This document shows, in pieces, positions 18,439 to 26,192 of a stretch of DNA of 64,000 bases. The stretch lies in the NCBI GenBank assembly GCA_025677605.1, contig GCA_025677605.1_4110.1. One strand, 5' to 3'. Position numbers and translations under genes: made by a program. This stretch comes from a phage. Below the pieces are notes generated by a model that saw nothing but the letters and a program-made list of their open reading frames with translations, did not search any database and was not told where the DNA came from. Every line of letters begins with the position of its first letter. Positions within the stretch are counted from its first letter, which is position 1.

Positions 18439-18717
18439 TTATTTTAATTCTTTATACGTGTATATACCAACAGTATCATTGGAGAAAATAATATAAAAAT
18501 ACACACCATGTGTATCAAAATCAATTTCATCAATGATACCTGATTTATTCATTGATTTATGTGTAACTTCTTTATTAGTATAAAGTGGAATAAACTCAGA
18601 AGAAAAATCATCTATCATAGCCCTTATATCGTCTATGTATGGTTTATTTTTAATATACATATCACCATAAAGTTCTAAAAGATATTCATATGTCCACACA
18701 TCTCTTTGTAAATTCAT
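18439..18717 (-). CDS. hypothetical small protein (92 aa), possible family A
   Basis: IPLYTNKEVTHKS followed by a beta-rich C-terminus. Confidence 0.55.
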   Translation of the reverse strand: MNLQRDVWTYEYLLELYGDMYIKNKPYIDDIRAMIDDFSSEFIPLYTNKEVTHKSMNKSGIIDEIDFDTHGVYFYIIFSNDTVGIYTYKELK

Positions 18718-18725
18718 AACTTACC

Positions 18726-19454
18726 TTAGAAGTAAATCATACCAAGTAATTCAGAATCGTCTGGTCTGTTATAATCTTGCTTCTTAACTTTGAAGTAGAA
18801 AGACTCATGTTCTTCTAAATTATATCTCTTTTTAAGGCAACGTGTGTAAGTCTGACAGTTCGGATGTACCCATTCATAAATGTGTACACCATTCTCATCA
18901 TAACCATTTACACTACAACGATTGCCTTCGTGCTTTTTGTAGTTTTTACTCTTTTCAGTAAATTCACGAGCACATGTGGTATGAGGCTTTTTATAATCAA
19001 AAGGTACTTCAGTTATACGGAAATAATAGAAAAATTCGTCTTCATCATATCCCAAGAGCACTGTGTTAGTTTCACGTACATTGTAATGATTCTTACTTTT
19101 TGCTTCATTTTCGTATATATCTTTCAGTACTTCATCAAATACTACATCACTTGCAGCATTCGGGTTTGACACACCTGATACACGGCGTTCAATAATAAAA
19201 TCGGTAAACTTACGTTCTTCTTCAATATCGCCGTTCATATACAGACTAACAAACTTATCCTTGTATGTTTTGACTGAATATTGTTTACCTTGCACTTCAC
19301 TGTATACATCAGCTAGTAAATTCTCTTGTCCGCATTGGACACCACTTACTGAATATGCAGTTGCATGTTCTGCCATTACGGATGTTAGCATTTGGAAATT
19401 TGCAATGTTTAATTGGTTTGCTAACTCGCTGGCAAATCTGATACGGTCAATCAC
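18726..19454 (-). CDS. hypothetical protein (242 aa), GTG start
   Basis: The start codon reads GTG with AAGGAG 8 nt upstream. No motif recognised. Confidence 0.6.
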   Translation of the reverse strand: MIDRIRFASELANQLNIANFQMLTSVMAEHATAYSVSGVQCGQENLLADVYSEVQGKQYSVKTYKDKFVSLYMNGDIEEERKFTDFIIERRVSGVSNPNAASDVVFDEVLKDIYENEAKSKNHYNVRETNTVLLGYDEDEFFYYFRITEVPFDYKKPHTTCAREFTEKSKNYKKHEGNRCSVNGYDENGVHIYEWVHPNCQTYTRCLKKRYNLEEHESFYFKVKKQDYNRPDDSELLGMIYF

Positions 19455-19512
19455 TCTACACGCTCCTTGTGTTAGTTATTATTCCATACCAACAATTATA
19501 TCACTACTTATA

Positions 19513-19815
19513 CTACTGTCCCGCTTTATAACAATAAAGATTCTCTAATTTGAAGTCCGCAAGGTCACATTCAGAACGTACTCGGTTCTTGTTCCAGTAC
19601 AAAATACGAATCCTTTCATAATCACGATAAACACTAATAATGCTTTTGTGCTTGGATTTATAGTATTCCTGCACAGTCACAAGATACACGGTCCTCAATA
19701 AAGACTTAATGGGATAGGGCATATTCTGTGCTGTAGTAATACTATAAATCATCTTCATTGTTTCAGCAATAAGTACTTCATTTGTTTGATTTGTCATTGA
19801 AATCCTTACATACAC
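19513..19815 (-). CDS. hypothetical protein (100 aa)
   Basis: ORF-track ORF. Confidence 0.5.
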   Translation of the reverse strand: MYVRISMTNQTNEVLIAETMKMIYSITTAQNMPYPIKSLLRTVYLVTVQEYYKSKHKSIISVYRDYERIRILYWNKNRVRSECDLADFKLENLYCYKAGQ

Positions 19816-19960
19816 TATGTAAAGTAAATCCTAAACCTACACCGACAATTGGAAATAGTAAATTGATATACCATGTATTCATTGTTGAAAATGAATAAGC
19901 ACCTGCAACTGTCAGTACTGCAAGAGAAAAAAGACTCCAGATAAAAAATAATGTTCTCAT
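19778..19960 (-). CDS. small membrane protein (60 aa, 2 TM)
   Basis: Hydrophobic segments LFFIWSLFSLAVLTVAGAY and INLLFPIVGVGLGFTL. Confidence 0.5.
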   Translation of the reverse strand: MRTLFFIWSLFSLAVLTVAGAYSFSTMNTWYINLLFPIVGVGLGFTLHSVCKDFNDKSNK

Positions 19961-20247
19961 AAAAAGGTTACCTCATCGAATGAAAAGTTTAAGTACGTTG
20001 GTGAATTTTGGTCTAAACTATGAATAGTAATATGACCATTGAAATAAAAAGAAACATCCTCTGCTTGAAGTTTTGGATATTTTCTAGTACTGAAATATCT
20101 TCCTACTACTAAGTCAGAAAACATATTTCTGTATTCTTGTGATACGTTTTTGTATAGGTTATGTAGAGCACTTTCTTGTGAATCGAAAGTAATGGAATAA
20201 TCTTTCACCAATATAGCATATGTTTTCTGTATTAAAATGATATTCAT
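19957..20247 (-). CDS. family A small protein
   Basis: Motif FSDLVVGRYFST followed by a beta-rich C-terminus. Confidence 0.55.
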   Translation of the reverse strand: MNIILIQKTYAILVKDYSITFDSQESALHNLYKNVSQEYRNMFSDLVVGRYFSTRKYPKLQAEDVSFYFNGHITIHSLDQNSPTYLNFSFDEVTFL

Positions 20248-20507
20248 AAATCACCTAATACCTCAAAAATTATTGTTATTGGGTATACTGGGTTATCAGA
20301 TGAAGTAACACATACTATTAGTACGTTTTTTCCAGGTGCTACATCCTTTACAGTGAAATTAATATTATTAAGAATCAGTGATTTACCAATATAATGTTCT
20401 TTCAAAGATTCTATAAAATAGTCCAGTACTGGATTATCTACACTATAGGATAACTCAGTACTGGCTATCATTTTATATGTATGAACTATTAGTTCAGCTT
20501 TAGTCAT
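20244..20507 (-). CDS. family A small protein (87 aa; start trimmed)
   Basis: The ATG at 20507 (MTKAELIVHTYK...) gives only an 8-nt overlap with the upstream gene. Motif LKEHYIGKSLIL. Confidence 0.55.
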   Translation of the reverse strand: MTKAELIVHTYKMIASTELSYSVDNPVLDYFIESLKEHYIGKSLILNNINFTVKDVAPGKNVLIVCVTSSDNPVYPITIIFEVLGDL

Positions 20508-20700
20508 GTACACGCTCACAATTAAGGCAATAAATGCACTCAATGTCTGGTCGCCATGATTTATCAAAATCTTTGTGCTGTTCTTCAGTGTATTCCGCAT
20601 CATCATTGATGGGAAAGAAATCCCCAGCACCAGTGGCCCAGTCTGAATCTAAGCGGAAACGAGCTAATTGAGTACTGTTACAGTATGGACATTTATTCAA
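20500..20700 (-). CDS. small zinc-ribbon protein (66 aa)
   Basis: CPYC near the N-terminus and CIYCLNC near the C-terminus. Confidence 0.55.
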   Translation of the reverse strand: MNKCPYCNSTQLARFRLDSDWATGAGDFFPINDDAEYTEEQHKDFDKSWRPDIECIYCLNCERVHD

Positions 20701-20980
20701 AATTTATTCCTTCTAACTGATATACGTTTAATGAAAATGACCCACTATTATTATCGCATCTGAAACACAGTGTTAAAGAACCATTAAAACTAACGACATC
20801 AGTACAGGTACATTTTTCACCATTGGATATGATAGATTTTCCTATATATAAATCTCTTACTATAGTACGGTAATGTTGCCATAAAAAATAATACACACTT
20901 TCATAGTACTCATCTGTTACATATGACAAGTATAAGAAGCTATAAAATACTTGTATTTCCTTTAAGTTGTTTTTCATCAT
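20693..20980 (-). CDS. family A small protein (tandem cluster 1 of 5)
   Basis: RDLYIGKSIISNGEKCTCTDVVSFNGSLTLCF. Confidence 0.6.
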   Translation of the reverse strand: MMKNNLKEIQVFYSFLYLSYVTDEYYESVYYFLWQHYRTIVRDLYIGKSIISNGEKCTCTDVVSFNGSLTLCFRCDNNSGSFSLNVYQLEGINFE

Positions 20981-21240
20981 TTAAAATCCAGTAAATTTAT
21001 ACCAATGAAGTCCCCGTCTCTGCGGTAGAATTCTAAACGCAACCTACCTCTATGACTTACTACATCAGTACAACGATAGTTTTTATTATTTCTACGTATT
21101 GGAAGTCCTATAAAATGATGTTGTATCTCAGATAGATAATTTGACCATATTTTATTACGTACTTCATAGTAGAAACCTAATTCGTTATTCATATCATCAT
21201 ATAAAAGTTGATATGTGAATTGTAAATCATGATAGTTCAT
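20977..21240 (-). CDS. family A small protein (tandem cluster 2 of 5)
   Basis: MNYHDLQFTYQLLY...HHFIGLPIRRNNKNYRCTDVVSHRGRLRLEF. Confidence 0.6.
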   Translation of the reverse strand: MNYHDLQFTYQLLYDDMNNELGFYYEVRNKIWSNYLSEIQHHFIGLPIRRNNKNYRCTDVVSHRGRLRLEFYRRDGDFIGINLLDFK

Positions 21241-21512
21241 AGGTACTCCAAATCAACAAATCCGCTTTTCGACTCTTCATTGTTATAGTAAATTCCAACA
21301 AGACTTCCATTATAACTTTTAATTCTGATAATACGTACAGTCATGTCGTCAATCATATATTCTTTATCAACAAAAATCTCGTTAATCATTGCCAAATATT
21401 CACACCACAATGTAAGAAAAAAATCTCGTTCATCGTAAGTTAATATTCCTTCACCACGTTCATATTGTTCATGAAGAATTTTGTACGTGAATTGTAAATC
21501 CTTATAATTCAT
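21237..21512 (-). CDS. family A small protein (tandem cluster 3 of 5; start trimmed)
   Basis: The internal ATG gives MNYKDLQFTYKIL..., matching sibling N-termini. Motif VRIIRIKSYNGSLVGIYY. Confidence 0.6.
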   Translation of the reverse strand: MNYKDLQFTYKILHEQYERGEGILTYDERDFFLTLWCEYLAMINEIFVDKEYMIDDMTVRIIRIKSYNGSLVGIYYNNEESKSGFVDLEYL

Positions 21513-21768
21513 AGATATAAATCTCATGTAATCCATCACTAGAATCTCTACCCCTGAAGCATAGATCCCCGTTGTAACTATCAACTTGAAATATTTTTAC
21601 TGTTTTACCTTCGTATTGAATTATAGTACCTATAAAATGTTCACGTAAAGATTTTATATAATCACTCCACAAACGATGATAAAATGCATTATCCATGCAG
21701 TTGTTATCAGCGTAACGATACATATAAAATGTTAGTTTATAGGTGAAATGTAAATCCTTATAATTCAT
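21502..21768 (-). CDS. family A small protein (tandem cluster 4 of 5)
   Basis: MNYKDLHFTYKLTF...EHFIGTIIQYEGKTVKIFQVDSYNGDLCF. Confidence 0.6.
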   Translation of the reverse strand: MNYKDLHFTYKLTFYMYRYADNNCMDNAFYHRLWSDYIKSLREHFIGTIIQYEGKTVKIFQVDSYNGDLCFRGRDSSDGLHEIYIYEL

Positions 21769-22040
21769 TATAATATCTCTAAATTTATAGATTGTTGTCC
21801 AATAATAGAATCAGTATAGAATAACACAATTTCACCACCTATACTATCAACGCGTGTTAGCTTACGCATTTCACCATCTATAAAGATTTCGTTAGCGTAA
21901 AAGTAATTTTGAATCATTGTAAAATATTCATTCCATATAATATAAACTGGATTTTTATAAATGATAGGATTATGTACTTTACTTTCAATATATGTTTTGT
22001 ATAAAGCTTTATATGTTCTATTCAGTACTCGATAATCCAT
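21768..22040 (-). CDS. family A small protein (tandem cluster 5 of 5)
   Basis: MDYRVLNRTYKALY...FIDGEMRKLTRVDSIGGEIVLFY. Confidence 0.6.
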   Translation of the reverse strand: MDYRVLNRTYKALYKTYIESKVHNPIIYKNPVYIIWNEYFTMIQNYFYANEIFIDGEMRKLTRVDSIGGEIVLFYTDSIIGQQSINLEIL

Positions 22041-22051
22041 TTACTTTTCCT

Positions 22052-22080
22052 TAAAAAGATGCCCGAACTAAGTCGGGCAT
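22052..22080 (-). terminator. intrinsic terminator
   Basis: Minus strand reads ATGCCCGA-CTTAGT-TCGGGCAT (8-bp stem) followed by CTTTTTAAGG. Confidence 0.8.
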
Positions 22081-22085
22081 AATTA

Positions 22086-22700
22086 TTATTCATCGTCGTC
22101 ATCATCATCCAGTTCGATGTAGATTTCACCATCATCATCATCAAAGCTTTCAACGATAACACCTGGAATGTTTAGAGTACTGAATAATACGTCATATTTT
22201 TCATCTGAAGGAATTAAGACAAATTCTTCAATATCTTGAATATCTGGCATCTTATCTTCAGGGATACCCATCTGAAGAAGTGATTGAACCATCTTTGCTT
22301 TGAATTCTTCAAATTTCTCTTTAGATGCAAAATCCATGATAAGTTGTGCTACATATCCATCTTCATTACCAAAAGCAATTGCCATTTGTGGATCTGTACC
22401 TACTAAACACCATGTAGTTTTTGCTGTGTTAGTTTCAATAAATTTATGAATTTCTTTGATTACATCATGTCTTGAACTGTTTACGATGCAATCTAGATTC
22501 TCAATGCCGTCCATAATACCAGTACTGTCATTGGTTTCTTCAAACTCACCGAAGTCACCCAGAACATACTGTACACCATCATCATAAATGGAATATGCAT
22601 AATCTAAATCAGCAAGAGAATCACATTTACCTCGAATTGGACGAAGGGATAGCCCAAGGCGTAGATAACGAAAATAAGTATTACTGTTTGTATTTGTCAA
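22086..22700 (-). CDS. hypothetical acidic protein (poly-Asp C-terminus); TTG start proposed
   Basis: The TTG at 22700 lies 6 nt after AAGGAGA. The ORF-track start at 22742 is also TTG but has no SD and overlaps by 62 nt. The C-terminus is DDDDGEIYIELDDDDDDE. Confidence 0.5.
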   Translation of the reverse strand: MTNTNSNTYFRYLRLGLSLRPIRGKCDSLADLDYAYSIYDDGVQYVLGDFGEFEETNDSTGIMDGIENLDCIVNSSRHDVIKEIHKFIETNTAKTTWCLVGTDPQMAIAFGNEDGYVAQLIMDFASKEKFEEFKAKMVQSLLQMGIPEDKMPDIQDIEEFVLIPSDEKYDVLFSTLNIPGVIVESFDDDDGEIYIELDDDDDDE

Positions 22701-22971
22701 AATAGTTCTCCTTGGTGAGATAGAATAAATGATCACTTCCAAGATAAATTATATATCCAGTATATGAAAGACTCGGTGATGACCTCACTGTACACAGTTT
22801 ACCTTCAGTACTGCACGAAGTCAAGAGTTTTTTGCATTCAGTACTGAAGCCATTGATACCACGGCATTTAATGTGCCATAGTTCTATACCGTCTAGTACT
22901 GAAAATGTTTCGTATGATCCTAAAATACACTCATCCAATATGATAGAAGTGATATCATTTATTTCAGACAT
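22681..22971 (-). CDS. hypothetical protein (96 aa)
   Basis: ORF-track ORF. Confidence 0.55.
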   Translation of the reverse strand: MSEINDITSIILDECILGSYETFSVLDGIELWHIKCRGINGFSTECKKLLTSCSTEGKLCTVRSSPSLSYTGYIIYLGSDHLFYLTKENYFDKYKQ

Positions 22972-23257
22972 GTAAATTGTCCAGTAAGTTGATTACATCA
23001 TCGTGTGTAAGATCAGTATCAGTACAAAGGAAGTTCATAATGAACTGCATTTGTGAATAAAGATTAGCGAGAAATTCAACTTCATCCAGACGATATGAAT
23101 AACCCATTGGAACCACTTGACATGTCCATTCACCTAGGGTTTTGTTCGCAACAACCGATACAATAGTGTTACCTTTGTATTCTACTTGGATATTACGATA
23201 TCCTGAACTTTCATTTTGTTCCCATAGTACTGGGTTAGTTTTGAAGAGTACTGTCAT
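22964..23257 (-). CDS. hypothetical protein (97 aa)
   Basis: ORF-track ORF. Confidence 0.55.
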   Translation of the reverse strand: MTVLFKTNPVLWEQNESSGYRNIQVEYKGNTIVSVVANKTLGEWTCQVVPMGYSYRLDEVEFLANLYSQMQFIMNFLCTDTDLTHDDVINLLDNLHV

Positions 23258-23793
23258 GGTTCTTTCCTCATGTATTTTATTACATCTTTAAAAAGTTTTA
23301 TTTTCAAGTCATTATCATCACCTGGTAGATAAGAACTGAAGCTTTCAAAATCATCACGCTTAGCAAAAGAACGCATTTCAGTTGAACTGTACTTGCTAAC
23401 GGTTCGGTCTATACCAGCTTGGATTGCTTTTATATTACGAAAATTATACAAGTTTCCATTGTATCTGTCAAGTACATTTTGAAAGTTTTCTATCCTGTCT
23501 GAACCACATATGAAAAGAACATCACTGTACTTACCATTCAATTCCTGCATAATATCAAAAAGATTATCTTCAGTACTGATGTTGTGTTGAATTCTTGGAT
23601 AGAAACCCTCAGTGTAATACATTTTCAATTCAGGTGGTAATGGATTCTTAATACAATCTTGTGTAGTACTAAGGTATATTTTTAAATCAGCATTGTATTG
23701 TTCTTTCATCGATACGGCTTTATCAAAAATTAACCCATGTCCCAAATGCACTGGATTTATACGTCCATACGTTACTATACAAGTGTCTTTCAT
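23254..23793 (-). CDS. HxGH-type nucleotidyltransferase (cytidylyltransferase/NMNAT-like superfamily)
   Basis: The N-terminal TYGRINPVHLGHG (HxGH) and C-terminal KYSSTEMRS (ISSTxxR-like) motifs are hallmarks of the nucleotidyltransferase alpha/beta phosphodiesterase superfamily. The substrate is unknown. Confidence 0.65.
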   Translation of the reverse strand: MKDTCIVTYGRINPVHLGHGLIFDKAVSMKEQYNADLKIYLSTTQDCIKNPLPPELKMYYTEGFYPRIQHNISTEDNLFDIMQELNGKYSDVLFICGSDRIENFQNVLDRYNGNLYNFRNIKAIQAGIDRTVSKYSSTEMRSFAKRDDFESFSSYLPGDDNDLKIKLFKDVIKYMRKEP

Positions 23794-24311
23794 ATATTCT
23801 TCATCACCTGACCGATAGATTTAAGATGGTTGATTTTAGCTGGTGTTAAGTACTTATCCAGTACTATTAAACAGCTAGGGAATGGAGCACTATCAGTCTT
23901 TTTATCTGGTTCTTCAGGGATGCCAAATTTTAAACGTCCTTTAATAAAACAAATACAGTCACAAAGCTTAGATGCATATTCCTGAAATGCAATTGTATCA
24001 GTACGTGATGGAACAAGTATCAGTACTGTTGCACCATTATTATAAGCATCAACTGCCTTAGATAGCCAAGGTTTCAGGTCGCTGTATGGTGGGTTAAGAA
24101 AGACGATATTGTTTCCCCAATCCTGTGAAAGACTATCATCTTCCGGTGTAAAAAACTTGTCACATAATGCAGTTTCTTTAACACATGCTGCATCAAGTGT
24201 GAATCCCCAGACTTCATCCAAATCTTCAAAGAATTCCTTTGGAGTAGTCCAGTTATCTTTTCCAGTACTGAAGTGTACCGAATGTTTTTTCGAAGCATCC
24301 TTCTTCGACAT
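23790..24311 (-). CDS. dam: phage-type DNA N6-adenine methyltransferase (Dam family)
   Basis: HFSTGKDNWTTPKEFF..LD..WGFTLDAA, DW...VFLNPPYSD, and the LVPSRTDT layout typical of the small phage Dam family. Target specificity cannot be read from the sequence. Confidence 0.8.
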   Translation of the reverse strand: MSKKDASKKHSVHFSTGKDNWTTPKEFFEDLDEVWGFTLDAACVKETALCDKFFTPEDDSLSQDWGNNIVFLNPPYSDLKPWLSKAVDAYNNGATVLILVPSRTDTIAFQEYASKLCDCICFIKGRLKFGIPEEPDKKTDSAPFPSCLIVLDKYLTPAKINHLKSIGQVMKNI

Positions 24312-24327
24312 AATACTTTCTCCATTA

Positions 24328-24942
24328 TTAAATTTTACTTATTGTTTCTGTTATCAAACCATTATCTAAATCATATTGTAAAATATCTATTCTACGCTTT
24401 ATTCCATTAATAACTCTTAAATCGACAACAGAACTGTATTTTTCTATGATTTCATATAGATATTTTATTTTCTCCCTTTGCCATACTTGATGAGCTTCTT
24501 CAGGTGTGTGAAATAACCCAAAGTTTCGTATTTGTTTTCCAAATTTACATATTGCAGGTCTATATTTTTTGGAACACCTATCATCATTGAAATACGACAC
24601 ACCAATATAATTATTACCTCTATTTCCGTCAATTATACAACTGTTAATTAAACCAGGTATAAAGGCACACGTTTCAGGTGAGTAAATATCTTTATCTCCC
24701 CCAATTATATCTTTATCTAATTGATATCCCTCAATATAGTGAAGTTTAAACCATTTTTTGAAATTGGAATAATATTTCCATTCATCACAAACTGTTGTGT
24801 TTATGTATGATAAATTCTTATCAGTTCTTTTAAGACTATAGCAACGCCTAATTATTCCAGTCCATTTATCATATATATGATAATCCAAACTTGATGGTAT
24901 GGAGTCGCCAGGAATGTCATTAATACCAAAATTATATATCAC
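24328..24942 (-). CDS. AP2-domain DNA-binding / homing-endonuclease-like protein
   Basis: N-terminal YDKWTGIIRRCYS box and a C-terminal AP2-like segment GVSYF...KKYRPAICKFGKQIRNFGLFHTPEEAHQVWQ, as seen in free-standing phage endonuclease-like genes. No catalytic HNH motif is evident. Confidence 0.45.
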   Translation of the reverse strand: MIYNFGINDIPGDSIPSSLDYHIYDKWTGIIRRCYSLKRTDKNLSYINTTVCDEWKYYSNFKKWFKLHYIEGYQLDKDIIGGDKDIYSPETCAFIPGLINSCIIDGNRGNNYIGVSYFNDDRCSKKYRPAICKFGKQIRNFGLFHTPEEAHQVWQREKIKYLYEIIEKYSSVVDLRVINGIKRRIDILQYDLDNGLITETISKI

Positions 24943-24956
24943 TGATTTTCCTTTAA

Positions 24957-25499
24957 TTATAGACAGTTCTGTAAGATATTATCGAACAGTTTACTGTCCA
25001 GGTTGTACTCATATAAAAATTTAAATCTAGAACCGTACTTCATCATTATATTGAATGCTTCATCTTCTGCTAATACATAGAAGTTGAAGTCATCTACTGT
25101 ACCATTGAACCCAATAAAATCCATAATTTCAATAGTAACATCATGTCCTTGATGGAAGTACTTCACTGACAAAGGAAGTCCAAGAACACTATATTGTCTG
25201 GATTCCCCTTCTAATTTCCCATCTACAACATGGAATTTCCTTGATACTGTATTAGAATTATATCGCTCTTCTCCGTAATGTCCATAGCGAACAGAAAAAA
25301 TTACTGGGTTTTTTGTAGGTCTACAAGTGATTTTTGCTAGTTCTACACCTCCCATGTACTCAACAATATGATTGATAGTTCCTTTTTCTTTTACTATTTT
25401 ATATCCATCAAATGAATCTCTATCAAATTCTTCTAGTACTTCAAATTCTTTTGATTTATAAATGATCTCTGTTGTTTTGTTCTTTGAAAATACAGGCAT
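24957..25499 (-). CDS. hypothetical protein (180 aa); possible MORN-variant repeats
   Basis: ORF-track ORF. FHVVDGKLEGESRQYSVLGLPLSVKYFHQG loosely resembles YwqK/MORN_2-type repeats (weak). Confidence 0.55.
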   Translation of the reverse strand: MPVFSKNKTTEIIYKSKEFEVLEEFDRDSFDGYKIVKEKGTINHIVEYMGGVELAKITCRPTKNPVIFSVRYGHYGEERYNSNTVSRKFHVVDGKLEGESRQYSVLGLPLSVKYFHQGHDVTIEIMDFIGFNGTVDDFNFYVLAEDEAFNIMMKYGSRFKFLYEYNLDSKLFDNILQNCL

Positions 25500-26138
25500 T
25501 ATTATTCCTTTTTAGGAAACATCAAATAATGTACTCGATGTTGATTTCGTTTGCACTCAATCAACATCAGTAGAATTAATTCATCGCTACGCTCTGAATA
25601 ATTCTAATAGTACTAAATGGTTTTAATTAATATTGACGAGGTTTGGAAGAGCATATTTCATCCCCCCACTGGGGGAAAGAATTAAAATTTGACGCTGGTG
25701 GTCTTCACATATTTCATATCACGAATTCTCTTAACGAGGCGAAAGCGGGTTGCTCTGTTTCTCTCTATCGCGGTTCTTGTAGCAACGGTCGTCGGTCTTA
25801 AACATCCCGACACATAATACGAGTACCATATGAACAGTACTGGTATTTGATTTCACCAAATTTTGGACGCAACTATCTTGTACAAATAGTTGACCGCAAT
25901 TTCTAATGAAATCTCCCTTAGCAAATCTGGTAAGGTGCGATCCTTATATGTCTATCTAGGAACTCTCTGTGTGCTTATCGGAGTTCTTTATACAGCCGCA
26001 TTGCCGTGAGGGGTTCATAATATGCCCACATCTGACGGGTTTCATCTGCTGTTCGTACTGAAAGGACTACTCATCTACCCTCTACATTTTCGAGTGGATT
26101 AGGCTCTTAATCATTTCCATATGGAACCTTTCAGGATT
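25500..26138. ncRNA. ORF-free, locally GC-rich block: candidate structured non-coding RNA (class unknown, strand unresolved)
   Basis: No ORF of 60 aa or more in any frame across about 640 nt, in an otherwise saturated coding region. Hand-counted 60-nt blocks at 25741-25800 and 25981-26040 are about 50% G+C, against much lower flanks. It is bounded at 26139-26172 by a strong terminator. Several stable hairpins are present: 25537-25568 (10-bp stem), 25661-25676 (CCCCC/GGGGG), 25870-25892 (7 bp) and 25948-25988 (about 9 bp). Confidence 0.35.
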
Positions 26139-26172
26139 AAAAAAAAAGAGTGACAAAGATATATTGCCACTC
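26139..26172 (-). terminator. intrinsic terminator after 26193..27032
   Basis: Minus strand reads GAGTGGCAA-TATATCT-TTGTCACTC (9-bp stem, one G.U) followed by a run of 9 T. Confidence 0.8.
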
Positions 26173-26192
26173 ATCATTATATCACCAAGAAT

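Noticed and set aside
25800-25920. Group I intron-like strings on the minus strand: aaattgcggtcaac, aagatagttgcgtcc and atgtgtcggg, compared with the Tetrahymena P4, S and R elements.
   Set aside because: The elements appear in the wrong order (P4-like, S-like, R-like). No P7 or guanosine-binding-site pairing could be built. The flanking ORFs are complete genes with their own stop and terminator, so they are not split exons.
25735-26020. Resemblance of the ORF-free island to bacterial RNase P RNA: gaggcgaaagcgggttgc versus CR-I GAGGAAAGUCCGGGC, ggtaaggtgcg, gcttatcgg versus GGCUUAUCGG, and ggggttcataa versus GGGGUUCAUAA of E. coli M1.
   Set aside because: The last two elements occur in the wrong order relative to M1 RNA. 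The required P4 complement (CCCGCUU) and the P15 complement (TGAACCCC) are missing. Matches of 9-11 nt between sequences of this size are near chance expectation. The region is left as an unknown candidate RNA.
25500-26190. A tRNA or tmRNA gene in the ORF-free island, and also in the 51788-52000 gap.
   Set aside because: Neither strand has a T-loop (GGTTCGAAT/GTTCRANYC) or its complement, a tmRNA 5' GGGGCUGA, or a 3' CCACCA-type end.
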